A program made the position numbers and the translations under genes. 64,000 bases of DNA from an uncultured delta proteobacterium. GTDB lineage: Bacteria > Desulfobacterota > Binatia > DP-6. Shown piece by piece: positions 1-13,336 of the stretch (the first letter of the stretch is position 1; each line of letters begins with the position of its first letter). The notes beneath the pieces were generated by a model, which was not told the origin of the DNA, did not search any database, and was given only the letters and a program-made list of their open reading frames with translations. Location of the stretch: contig CAWFFN010000012.1 of NCBI GenBank assembly GCA_963815115.1, positions 128,001 through 192,000 of the forward strand, in the 5' to 3' direction.

Positions 1-165
1 GCCGGCATCATGGATCCCACGAAGGTGGTGCGCACGGCGCTGCAGAACGCGGCGTCGGTGGCGGGCCTGCTCCTGACTACCGAGGCGATGGTGGCCGAGA
101 AGCCGAAGGACGAGAAGCAGGCGGCTTCTCCGGGCAGCATGCCGCACGGAGGCGAGGACTTCTAA
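1..165 (+). CDS. groEL: Chaperonin GroEL, C-terminal fragment (gene starts before window)
   Basis: Frame 1 translates to [36 protein letters not shown]...GGEDF*, the canonical GroEL C-terminus. Confidence 0.96.
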   Translation, partial: AGIMDPTKVVRTALQNAASVAGLLLTTEAMVAEKPKDEKQAASPGSMPHGGEDF

Positions 166-352
166 CCCGGCTTCGAACGCGGACGAGTGATCAATCGAGC
201 GGGGCGTCACCGGCGGACGGTGGCGCCCCGCTCTGCCATGGGGCAGCCATACGACTCCGCCCGCTGCGTCGGCGGCGGCCGAGCGGAGCGCTTCCCAGCC
301 GGCGCGCGGCCGTCGTATAGAGCGGACCGACCCCACGCACGGAGGATATGCG

Positions 353-1864
353 ATGACCACCGCCGCCAGCGCGCCCGACGCGCCCGCCCCGCGCCGCTAT
401 CAGCTCTTCATCAACGGCAAGTTCGTCGACGCCCGATCGGGCAAGACGTTCGAGACCATCTTCCCGCACGATCGCTCGGTGCAGGCGGTGGTCGCCGAGG
501 GCGACAAGGCCGACGTCGACGACGCCGTCGCCGCGGCCCGCGCCGCCTACGACGGCGGCTGGGGCACGATGCTGCCGAGCGAGCGCACGCGGCTGCTGCT
601 GCGCATGGCCGATCTCATCGAGGAGCGGGCCCAGGAGCTGGCGCACCTGGAGACGCTCGACGTCGGCATGCCGGCGTTCCTGGCGACCGGCATGGTGATG
701 TCGGCGGCGGACGTCTTCCGCTACTGGGCCGGGTGGGCGTCGAAGATTCACGGCCTCACCAGCCCGTCGATGCAGCCCGGGGAGTTTCTCGGCTACACGC
801 TCCGCGAGCCCCTCGGTGTCGTGGGCGGCATCACGCCCTGGAACGGTCCCCTCATCATGGCGGCCTGGAAGACGGCGCCGGCCCTCGCCTGCGGCAATGC
901 GGTGGTGCTCAAGCCTGCCGAGCACACGCCGATGACGGCGATGGAGCTGGCTCGCATCGCGGCCGACGCGGGTCTTCCCGAGGGGGTTCTGAACGTCGTG
1001 CCCGGCTTCGGGCCGACGGCGGGCGCGGCGCTGGCGCAGCATCCGGGCGTCGACAAGATCGCGTTCACCGGCGAGTACGTCACCGGGCGGCTCGTCGTGC
1101 AGATGTCGGTCTCGAACCTGAAGACCGTGACCCTCGAGCTCGGGGGCAAGTCCCCGCACATCATCTTCGACGACGTCGATCTCGACGCCGCCGTGGCCAA
1201 CGCGCTCTTCGGTCTCTACACCAACACCGGACAGATCTGCTCCGCCGGAACGCGCCTGCTGGTGCAGGAGGGCATCTACGAGCGCTTCGTCGAGCGCTTC
1301 GTCGAGCGCTCGCGCAAGATCGCGGTCGGCAATCCGCTCGACTTTGCAACCCGCATGGGACCGCTGGTGTCGGAGGAGCAACTGAACAAGGTCGAGCGAT
1401 ATGTCCAGATCGGGCAGCGTGAGGGGGCGAAGCTGGTCTGCGGGGGAGGCCGTCCCAAGAACCCCGATCTCGCCAACGGGTTCTATCACGAGCCCACGGT
1501 GTTCTCCGACGTGACCAATCGGATGCAGATTGCCCAGGAGGAAATATTCGGCCCGGTCGGCAGCGTGATCCGCTTCCGCGACGAGGAAGACGCGGTACGC
1601 ATCGGTAATGACGTGATTTATGGGCTCGCCGCGGGCGTGCAGACACGCGATGTGAAACGCGCGCACCGCATCGCGAAGCGCCTCCAGGCCGGCACCGTCT
1701 GGATCAATACGTGGCACAAGATAGAGCCGAACTCTCCGTTCGGCGGCTACAAGCTCTCCGGATACGGGCGCGAGAACGGGCCGACGATGATTGAGCACCT
1801 CACGCGCTTGAAGCAGGTCTGGTTGGATCTGAACGAGTTCACGATGGACCTGTTCGCAATGTAA
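353..1864 (+). CDS. NAD(P)-dependent aldehyde dehydrogenase
   Basis: PWNGP, KPAEHTP, ELGGKSP, catalytic Cys in GQICSAG, EEIFGPV, PFGGYKLSG; GGAGG RBS upstream. Confidence 0.95.
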   Translation: MTTAASAPDAPAPRRYQLFINGKFVDARSGKTFETIFPHDRSVQAVVAEGDKADVDDAVAAARAAYDGGWGTMLPSERTRLLLRMADLIEERAQELAHLETLDVGMPAFLATGMVMSAADVFRYWAGWASKIHGLTSPSMQPGEFLGYTLREPLGVVGGITPWNGPLIMAAWKTAPALACGNAVVLKPAEHTPMTAMELARIAADAGLPEGVLNVVPGFGPTAGAALAQHPGVDKIAFTGEYVTGRLVVQMSVSNLKTVTLELGGKSPHIIFDDVDLDAAVANALFGLYTNTGQICSAGTRLLVQEGIYERFVERFVERSRKIAVGNPLDFATRMGPLVSEEQLNKVERYVQIGQREGAKLVCGGGRPKNPDLANGFYHEPTVFSDVTNRMQIAQEEIFGPVGSVIRFRDEEDAVRIGNDVIYGLAAGVQTRDVKRAHRIAKRLQAGTVWINTWHKIEPNSPFGGYKLSGYGRENGPTMIEHLTRLKQVWLDLNEFTMDLFAM

Positions 1865-1923
1865 GGTCGCGCCCGCCGTTTTTCTCTTGCATGCGGGGTG
1901 GGAGGCCGTGGTACCTCGCTCCT

Positions 1924-2433
1924 ATGCCCTCTGATCGCTCGGGTCGCCCCGACCCGTTGGCGACCCTCGCCGCGCTCGTGCGCACAGCGCTCGACCTGGC
2001 GTCGGGTCTGGCCGACGATGATCACCTGCCGCGCCTGCTTCGCGTATTCGCTCGCTTCCCGGCGGCGGACCGGCGACCGCTCCTGGCGAAGCTCGAGAGC
2101 GAGGTGCGCGCCCGGCAGCGCAGCGTGGAGCTCGGTGACGGTCGCGTCGGGCCGCCGAACCCGGTCGCCAGTCTCTACGTGCGAATCTACGAGAACGACC
2201 GGCCGCTGCCCGCGGTGACGCGCGATACCCTGCTGCGTTCCACCATCCAGAACGCGGCGCTGATGGCCACCTTTGCGGAGCCCGTCCAGACGGAGGTGCA
2301 GCGGTCGCTCGTCGCCGGCCTGGAGGGGCTGGAGCCGGAGGACGCCGAGGCCCTCGCGCGTCATCACCAGGATCTGCTCGCACTCGCCGCCTGGTGGTCG
2401 CGCACCGAGATGGCCGAGGCCGAGGCCTCGTGA
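1924..2433 (+). CDS. Hypothetical helical protein (paralog of next gene)
   Basis: Coding-like ORF; shares a PNPxAxxYxR motif and overall pattern with 2430..2930; ATG at 1924 chosen. Confidence 0.7.
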   Translation: MPSDRSGRPDPLATLAALVRTALDLASGLADDDHLPRLLRVFARFPAADRRPLLAKLESEVRARQRSVELGDGRVGPPNPVASLYVRIYENDRPLPAVTRDTLLRSTIQNAALMATFAEPVQTEVQRSLVAGLEGLEPEDAEALARHHQDLLALAAWWSRTEMAEAEAS

Positions 2434-2930
2434 GTACCCCGACGGTGGCCTCCGCCGACGCAGTTGACGCGCTCTGTACCCTGCTCGATACGGCGCGCGG
2501 CGTCGTCGACGAGCTCAGGCAGGACGGTCTGCTCGACGCGCTCAGCGACGTTCTCGGCTGCATGCTCCCGGAGGATCGCGAGGCGGTTCTGAGGATCCTC
2601 GAGCACGACGCGGGCGGCCGCACCCAGGTGCGCGACCATGTCTGGTCGCGCTTCGTGCTGCGTCCGAATCCCTTTGCGCAGATCTACTCGCGGCCGAAAT
2701 TGCCGAGCCGGCCGCTGGGCATCCGCTACCTCGAGTCGCGGCGGGCGACCGTGGTCGGTGCCCGCCTCGCCCGCTCCATCCCGCCGCCCACGCACGAAGG
2801 ATGGGAGCCGCGAACGGTCGAGATGTGGCGGCAGCTCGATCCCGCCGCGCGTGCGCTCGTCGTCGATACGAGCCGGCGCATTCTGGAAGGTCTCAGGGAG
2901 CACCGCCGCCGCGTCGAGCGACGTTCGTGA
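2430..2930 (+). CDS. Hypothetical helical protein (paralog of previous gene)
   Basis: GTGA start/stop overlap with upstream gene; RPNPFAQIYSR motif. Confidence 0.7.
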   Translation: MSTPTVASADAVDALCTLLDTARGVVDELRQDGLLDALSDVLGCMLPEDREAVLRILEHDAGGRTQVRDHVWSRFVLRPNPFAQIYSRPKLPSRPLGIRYLESRRATVVGARLARSIPPPTHEGWEPRTVEMWRQLDPAARALVVDTSRRILEGLREHRRRVERRS

Positions 2931-2936
2931 GCCAGC

Positions 2937-3377
2937 GTGCCTTGCGTCGGGCGCCCGCTGCTGCGACGCTGTGAGCGCGTGGTGCTGATACGCGGAGGAC
3001 GGTCCGTCCTGGTGGCCGCCGCCTTGGCCGGTAGCGTCCTGACGGCGCCGTACGCGCTCGCTGCGCCGAACGCCACCCCCGTCCCGGCACCGGTCCCCAT
3101 CGTGCCGGTTCCCGTCCCCGCGCCGAGCTACTGCTGGCTGGACGTCCGGCTCTTCAATACCTTGAGACTCGGCCCCGTTCCCTTCTGTCGCCGCCACCTG
3201 CGCTACCGGCCCGGGGCGCTGGAGTGCTACCAGTTCCTCGATCAGGTCTGCGCCACCTTCGTGCCGAGCAGCGGCTGGGTGCAGAGCCGCAGCTCGATCT
3301 CGACCCAGGTGATCGCCTGTCCCGACGGCCCCGATCCACCGGTCTGCCGCGCGCTCGACATTCCCGCGCTGCCTTGA
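2937..3377 (+). CDS. Small secreted Cys-containing hypothetical protein
   Basis: Signal-peptide-like VLVAAALAGSVLTAPYALA, Pro/Val linker, six Cys in mature part; start uncertain. Confidence 0.65.
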   Translation: MPCVGRPLLRRCERVVLIRGGRSVLVAAALAGSVLTAPYALAAPNATPVPAPVPIVPVPVPAPSYCWLDVRLFNTLRLGPVPFCRRHLRYRPGALECYQFLDQVCATFVPSSGWVQSRSSISTQVIACPDGPDPPVCRALDIPALP

Positions 3378-3402
3378 CGGCTTCGGAGCGCGGGATCATG
3401 CT
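3374..3402 (+). promoter_or_regulatory. Putative sigma70 promoter for the thiC leader
   Basis: TTGACG (3374-3379), 17 nt spacer, CATGCT (3397-3402), directly upstream of the TPP aptamer. Confidence 0.55.
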
Positions 3403-3411
3403 TGCGGAGGA

Positions 3412-3510
3412 GACGCTGGGGGAGCCGCTCGGACCGGCGGCTGAGAAGGCAGGAGGGGACCTGCCGACCCCTCGAACCTGATCCGGGTCATGCCGGCGGA
3501 GGGAAGCGCG
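3412..3510 (+). promoter_or_regulatory. TPP (thiamine pyrophosphate) riboswitch
   Basis: THI-box motifs GGGGAG...CTGAGA...ACCC..GAACCTGATCCGGGTCATGCCGGCGGAGGGAAG; P1 CGCT/AGCG ends 2 nt before the thiC ATG, so likely translational control by SD occlusion. Confidence 0.95.
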
Positions 3511-5162
<1,652 letters not shown>

Positions 5163-5211
5163 GCGGCCGGCCGTTGTCCTCGGTCGCGCGTGGCCGACGA
5201 GGAGGGTCGCC

Positions 5212-6267
5212 GTGACGCTCCGGTCCGACGCCATGCGCGCGCACCCCGGGTTCCCCTGGCTCGAGGGCGGGGATGTGCCGGCGGTCCGTGCCTTCCTGGC
5301 CGCCCGCGGCTGGCTCGAGCCGGACGAGGCCGTGCTCGACTGTACGCGTGCCGGCGAGGGCAACATGAACCTCACGCTGCGGGTGCACACCGATCGACGC
5401 TCGGTGGTGCTCAAGCAGGCGCGCCCGTGGGTGGAGAAGTACGACCACATCGAGGCGCCCTGGGAGCGCAGCCTCTCGGAGCGATGGTTCTACGAGCGCG
5501 TGGCCACGATTCCCGGCGTCGCGGGATCCGTGCCGCGGCTCCTCGCCAGCGATCCGGCCGCCCGCGCCCTGCTGCTCGAGGACCTCCGCGACGCGAGCGA
5601 TCTCACCGGCCTCTACGCCGGCGGGCGCCTGGAGCCGGAGGAGGCGGACCGGCTCGCGCTCGTCCTGCGCGCGCTGCACGACGGTACTGCCGATGACCCG
5701 ATCCGGCCGGACTTCAATCGCTCGATGCGCGCTCTCAACCACGCGCACTGCTTCGTCGTGCCGCTCGATCCCACGAGCGGGCTGCCGCTCGATCGTTTCG
5801 AGCCCGGCCTCGCCGCGGCGGCGGCCGCGCTCGCTCGCGACGCCGGGTTCCGCGCCGTGGCGGCGCGCACCGGCGAGCGCTACCGCACCGTTCTCGGCCC
5901 CCTCGTCCACGGCGACTACTTTCCCGGCAGCTGGCTGCGCTCCGCCGCCGGCATCCGGGTCATCGATCCCGAGTTCTGCTTCCAGGGCGAGCGCGAGATC
6001 GACGTCGGCTGCGCACTCGCCCACCTCGTCCTGGCGCGCCAGGCGCCCCTCGCGGCGCGCCGTTTCCTGGACGCCTACGAGGCGAGGGGCGCGGCGTGTG
6101 ATCTCGCATCGGTGGCGCGCTATGCGGCGATGGAGATCGTGCGTCGCCTGATCGGGGTGGCGCAGCTTCCGATCTCTCCGACGCGGGGCTGGCGTGGCGC
6201 CCTCCTCTCTCGCGCCCGCGAGGCGGCGCTCGGAGGAAGCCTGGCGCCGCTCTGGGGGCCGGCGTGA
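5212..6267 (+). CDS. APH/choline-kinase-fold phosphotransferase, S-methyl-5-thioribose kinase (MtnK)-like
   Basis: GEGNMN, VLKQARPWV, HGDYFPGS, VIDPEF motifs. Confidence 0.8.
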   Translation: MTLRSDAMRAHPGFPWLEGGDVPAVRAFLAARGWLEPDEAVLDCTRAGEGNMNLTLRVHTDRRSVVLKQARPWVEKYDHIEAPWERSLSERWFYERVATIPGVAGSVPRLLASDPAARALLLEDLRDASDLTGLYAGGRLEPEEADRLALVLRALHDGTADDPIRPDFNRSMRALNHAHCFVVPLDPTSGLPLDRFEPGLAAAAAALARDAGFRAVAARTGERYRTVLGPLVHGDYFPGSWLRSAAGIRVIDPEFCFQGEREIDVGCALAHLVLARQAPLAARRFLDAYEARGAACDLASVARYAAMEIVRRLIGVAQLPISPTRGWRGALLSRAREAALGGSLAPLWGPA

Positions 6268-7118
6268 CGGCGGCACCGGTGCTCGGGGGCACGCGCTGTG
6301 TCGTCACCGGCGCGAACGCGGGCATCGGCCTGGAGATCGCGACCGCGCTCGCGCGGGACGGAGCGGACGTGACGCTGGTCTGCCGCAGCCCCGAGCGCGG
6401 CGCGGTCGCCGCGGCGGCGATCCGTGACGCGACCGGCAACCGGCGGGTCACGCTGGCGGTCTGCGACCTCGCCGAGCCGCGGGACGTGCGGGCCTGCTGC
6501 GAGACCCTGCGCGCCGCCGACCGCCGCATCGACGTGCTGGTCAACAACGCGGGGGTCTACGCACCCCGGCGGCGCCTGACCCCCGCCGGCCGGGAGCAGA
6601 TGCTCGCGGTGAACCACCTGGGGCCGTTCCTGATGACCAACCTCCTGCTCGATCGCCTCGACGGAGGCCGGGTGATCACCACCTCGTCGGCGGCGCACGC
6701 CATGGCCCGGCTGGATCTGAACGATCTCGACGCCGCCCGCCGCTTCTCGGCCATGCGGCAGTACGGGGTCACGAAGCTCGCCAACATCCTCTTCACGCGC
6801 GAGCTGGCGCGGCGCGGGCGCGATCGCGGCATCGTCGCCACCTGCTTTCATCCCGGCGCCGTCGGCTCCGAGTTCGGACAGGACGACCCCGGATTCCTGA
6901 ACCTCGCAATGCGGCTGGTGAAGCGGTTCCTGCGCACCCCGACGCAGGGCGCCGACACCGGCATCTGGCTGGCCACGGCACCCGAGGCGGGATCGCTGTC
7001 CGGACAGTACGTCGTCGATCGGCGCGTGCGAACGCCGCGAGGTCAGGGGACGGACGATGCCCTGGCCGCCGCGCTGTGGGACGCCAGCGCGCGGCTCGTC
7101 GGCCTGGAAGCCTCGTAG
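6264..7118 (+). CDS. SDR family oxidoreductase (retinol dehydrogenase-like)
   Basis: TGANAGIG, NNAG, YGVTK catalytic YxxxK, HPG. Confidence 0.92.
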   Translation: MTAAPVLGGTRCVVTGANAGIGLEIATALARDGADVTLVCRSPERGAVAAAAIRDATGNRRVTLAVCDLAEPRDVRACCETLRAADRRIDVLVNNAGVYAPRRRLTPAGREQMLAVNHLGPFLMTNLLLDRLDGGRVITTSSAAHAMARLDLNDLDAARRFSAMRQYGVTKLANILFTRELARRGRDRGIVATCFHPGAVGSEFGQDDPGFLNLAMRLVKRFLRTPTQGADTGIWLATAPEAGSLSGQYVVDRRVRTPRGQGTDDALAAALWDASARLVGLEAS

Positions 7119-7162
7119 GCTGCCGCGGGGCGGGGCCCGGCGCCGCGAACCACGTCAGCGGT

Positions 7163-7636
7163 TCAGCGAACCGGGCCCGTGCTCTTTCGCAGCAGCAGCT
7201 CCGCGCTGCCCGCGATCAGGAGATCGGGGAACGCTCCCACCTGCAGGTAGCCGTGACGCGAGTAGAAGCGGCGCGCGCCGTGGTTGAAGTCCGACACGCA
7301 CACGAAGAAGTTGCGCGCTCGAGCGAAGACGATCGACTCGAGGTGTGCCAGCAGCGCGGCCCCGAGTCCCCGGCCGCGCGCGCTCGCGGCGACGGCGAAG
7401 AGCTCCAGGTAGTCGCCCGCGAGGAAGCGCGGACGCACCAGCGCGACGCCCGCGACGCTGCCGTCCGCGATCGGAACGAATCCCTCGCGTCCTTCGAGCG
7501 GCGTGGCGAGCACGCGATCCCAGTCTGCCGGGGTGTAGCCGAGGCGGCGCCATGGATCGCTGTCGAGCAGCGCCACCACCGCGGAACGATCGTCCGCCGC
7601 GAAGGGCCGGATGACGACGTCAGCCGCCGCCGGCAT
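7163..7636 (-). CDS. GNAT family N-acetyltransferase
   Basis: AVAASARGRGLG acetyl-CoA motif A; NHGARRFYSRHGY motif B. Confidence 0.88.
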   Translation of the reverse strand: MPAAADVVIRPFAADDRSAVVALLDSDPWRRLGYTPADWDRVLATPLEGREGFVPIADGSVAGVALVRPRFLAGDYLELFAVAASARGRGLGAALLAHLESIVFARARNFFVCVSDFNHGARRFYSRHGYLQVGAFPDLLIAGSAELLLRKSTGPVR

Positions 7637-8330
7637 GCCGGCATCCCTGGAGGAGCTGGCTCACGGTGAGCGGCTCGAGCCCGCGCGCGGGCAGCAGCTC
7701 CGTCACCAGGGTCTCGACGACCTGGCGCGTGTGGGCGCCCTTGCCGTTGGCGTGGAAGATGACGATGCTGCCGTCGCGGACGCCGGCGCGCAGCGTGCGC
7801 AGGATGTCGGCGGCGCTGAGGTGTGGGTCGGGGTCGCCAGAGACCACCGACCATTGCACGAGCTTGAGGCCGAGGTCGGCGACCACCTCGAGCGTGCGCT
7901 CGTCGAACTCGCCGTAGGGAGCGCGGACGAGCGTGGGGCTGTAGCCAAACTCGGACTCGAGGAGGTCTACCGGCCCGATGATCTCGTCGCGCTGGGCGGC
8001 TACGGCCAGCTTCGGAAGGTGGCGGTGGAGCATGCCGTGGGTTTCCAGCTCGAAGAGCGGTCGATGCGCCAGCAGCTCGCGCACCTCGTCACCGTGGCGC
8101 TCGATCCAGCGCCCCGAGGCGAAGAACGTCGCCGGGACGTGTCGCTGCTCGAGCAGGGTGATGAGCGCGCGGTCCCATCCCGAGCCCTCGCGCACCGGGC
8201 ACAGGTCGAAGGTCAGCGCGACCTCGTGGCACCCCTCGGGCCCGCGGTTGACGACCGGGGCGAGCGGCATCGCAGCCGACATGCTGGCCGCGAGCGTTGC
8301 GAGGAAGAGGCCGATGAGCGTCCGGCGCAC
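7620..8330 (-). CDS. Secreted polysaccharide deacetylase (CE4/NodB)
   Basis: Signal peptide; ALTFDLC, ATFF, ETHGMLH, RAPYG, IVIFHANG motifs. Confidence 0.88.
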   Translation of the reverse strand: MRRTLIGLFLATLAASMSAAMPLAPVVNRGPEGCHEVALTFDLCPVREGSGWDRALITLLEQRHVPATFFASGRWIERHGDEVRELLAHRPLFELETHGMLHRHLPKLAVAAQRDEIIGPVDLLESEFGYSPTLVRAPYGEFDERTLEVVADLGLKLVQWSVVSGDPDPHLSAADILRTLRAGVRDGSIVIFHANGKGAHTRQVVETLVTELLPARGLEPLTVSQLLQGCRHAGGG

Positions 8331-8412
8331 GGGCTCGTGCTATGCCCGAGCGCCCGGGGGGCGTGCAAACGCGGCCGGTTGCTCGGGCATCGCCAGCGTA
8401 TAGAGTTTTCAC

Positions 8413-11103
<2,691 letters not shown>

Positions 11104-11118
11104 ACGCCGTCGGTCGGC

Positions 11119-11856
11119 CTACTGGCAGGCGCAGTCGAACCCGCAGGCGCCGGCTTTCGGAACGCCACCACAGGTCATGCCGGAGGGGCAGGTGCCCCAC
11201 TGACAGAAGTTGCTCGTCAGGCCGCTCAGCCCCGGGTCGCCGCACGGGATGGTGGTGCCGGAGCAGGCACACGTCGTCCCTGTCGTCACGCAGGTCATGC
11301 CCAGCGGACAGAGGGCAGGGGGGCCCCCGCAGATGTTGACGCCGCAATAGAAAGCGGTCGCCGGTGGGCAGGACGACGTGGTGGTGGTCGTCGTGGTCGT
11401 GGAGGTCGGCGCAGGGCAGCTCGGGCCGCCGCCGGGCGATGAACAGGCATCACAACAGCTCGTGCAGGTTCCCGCGATGCCCTGCTTCGCCGTGCAGTGC
11501 GCGGCGTCCTTCTTGATCGTGCACTTCGTTCCCTTACTCGTCGTACGGCAGCAGGTCACGGCCTGCGGCTTGCCGCAAATCGAATGAGACGCGCACTTCT
11601 TGACCGAGCCGGCGCAGCGCCTGTTGGCGAGGACCGTGTTCGCTTGCTGCGCGGCGCAGCTCACGTAGGCGCCGTGGGTCAGCGCGCCCGCGCAATCACA
11701 GTTGGCGGCAATCGCCGCCCGCGCGTTGGCGACGTCGGACTTGTCGGGCTCCGTGGTCGGGTCGCACTTGGCATGGCTGGCGACGGCACTCGCGAGGAGC
11801 GCGAGCAGCGCCATCGGTGCCGCACGGTGAGCTCTCCGGGCGGGCGACTGGACCAT
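11119..11856 (-). CDS. Secreted Cys-rich protein with poly-Thr linker
   Basis: Signal peptide; two Cys-rich modules joined by PTSTTTTTTTTSS; RBS AAGGAGG upstream on minus strand. Confidence 0.8.
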   Translation of the reverse strand: MVQSPARRAHRAAPMALLALLASAVASHAKCDPTTEPDKSDVANARAAIAANCDCAGALTHGAYVSCAAQQANTVLANRRCAGSVKKCASHSICGKPQAVTCCRTTSKGTKCTIKKDAAHCTAKQGIAGTCTSCCDACSSPGGGPSCPAPTSTTTTTTTTSSCPPATAFYCGVNICGGPPALCPLGMTCVTTGTTCACSGTTIPCGDPGLSGLTSNFCQWGTCPSGMTCGGVPKAGACGFDCACQ

Positions 11857-12040
11857 GTGGCGCCTCCTTCGCCCGCTCGACGGACCGCGGGCCGTTCAGA
11901 CCTACCGTCAGAGTCCCATCGTCGTGCATCCGGCGTCAATCGAAACGGCGCGGTCACGCGTACCCGAGGAGATGTGAGGCGGGACGCTCCGCCGCTTGAC
12001 CCCGCCGTCTTTCTGAAGAAGGACTCGGCCAGGACGCACG

Positions 12041-12820
12041 ATGGCCGTCGATCCACCGCTTCGCGACCTCCTCGCGGTCGCCCAGGAGGCCGCCTGGGTG
12101 GGCGGCCGGCGGACGCTCGCCTACTTCGGCACCGGCACGGCGGCGACGGAGTGGAAGCCGGATCGAACCCCGGTGACGCTCGCCGACCGCGAGGCCGAGG
12201 GACTCATCCGCGGCGTCATCGCGCGCGCGTTCCCGGATCACGCCGTCCTGGGAGAGGAGGAGGGCGAGGCCGCGGGCGTGGCACCGGTGCGCTGGATCGT
12301 GGACCCGCTCGACGGCACGCGTACCTTCCTTCGCGGCGTGCCGCTCTATGGCACGCTCGTCGGCGTCGAGGTGCGCGGCGAGCCGGTGGTGGGGGTAGCC
12401 TATCTGCCCGCGCTCGACGAGATGGTTGCCGCCGCGCGCGGCGGCGGCTGCACCTGGAACGGCCGGCCGTGTCGGGTCTCGGGCGCGCCGCGCCTGGAAG
12501 ACGCGCTGGCGGTGGTCACCGACGAGCGCTCGGCCCGCGCTCGCTCGGGCGCCTGGGATCGGCTCGTCGGCGGCACCGCCATGCAGCGGACGTGGGCCGA
12601 CTGCTACGGCTATGTCCTCGTCGCCACCGGGCGCGCGGAGATCGCGCTCGATCCGGTGGTCAACGTCTGGGACTGCGCGGCGCTGCTCCCGATCGTCGAG
12701 GAGGCCGGCGGGCGGTTCACGGACTGGGCTGGCCGCCGGACCGTCAACGGCGGCGACGCGGTGGCGACGAACGGAGCGCTGCACGACCGGGTGCTGGAGC
12801 TTCTGCGGGACGAGGGCTGA
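12041..12820 (+). CDS. Inositol monophosphatase family, histidinol-phosphatase HisN-like
   Basis: TPVTLADREAE, GEEEG, WIVDPLDGTRTF, WDCAA motifs. Confidence 0.85.
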   Translation: MAVDPPLRDLLAVAQEAAWVGGRRTLAYFGTGTAATEWKPDRTPVTLADREAEGLIRGVIARAFPDHAVLGEEEGEAAGVAPVRWIVDPLDGTRTFLRGVPLYGTLVGVEVRGEPVVGVAYLPALDEMVAAARGGGCTWNGRPCRVSGAPRLEDALAVVTDERSARARSGAWDRLVGGTAMQRTWADCYGYVLVATGRAEIALDPVVNVWDCAALLPIVEEAGGRFTDWAGRRTVNGGDAVATNGALHDRVLELLRDEG

Positions 12821-12866
12821 TCGGCGGTTTGACGACGTCGGCCGTCATCACCTAGAGAACGCCGCC

Positions 12867-13196
12867 ATGTGGCGGCGACTGCGTGACGCGATGACGGCCG
12901 GGCTGCTCGGTGGATTCATCCTCGTGGAGCCCCCGGTGGCCCCTGACACGAGCGGCAAGTACACGGCGGACACCGCGCGGCCGGTCGTGCAGTGGACCTT
13001 CGTGTCGGCATTCGACAGCCAGGCGAAGTGTGACGACAGGCGCGCCGTGCGTCTCGCCAATGCAGAGTCCGATCTCGGGGTCAGCGCCGAGACCGACCTG
13101 GCGGGCAGCAAGCTCGGCGCCGTCTGGGATGCACGCCGGGCCTCCCGCTGCGTGGCCGACACGGTCTTCTTCCCCGAGAAGGCGGGGAAGCAGTAG
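12867..13196 (+). CDS. Small exported hypothetical protein
   Basis: ATG at 12867, hydrophobic N-terminus, WTFVSAFDSQAKC...RCV two-Cys pattern. Confidence 0.55.
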   Translation: MWRRLRDAMTAGLLGGFILVEPPVAPDTSGKYTADTARPVVQWTFVSAFDSQAKCDDRRAVRLANAESDLGVSAETDLAGSKLGAVWDARRASRCVADTVFFPEKAGKQ

Positions 13197-13336
13197 GTCG
13201 GGCTCGAGGAGTGTTCGACGGCACCGGTCGTCGATCCGCCGGTGTGCCAGAGGGCACGCCCGGGGATTTGCGTGGCGGGCGCCGACGTCCATAGTCGCGT
13301 GCGGTTACGGTTGGGCTGCGCGGCGCCCGCGGGCGA

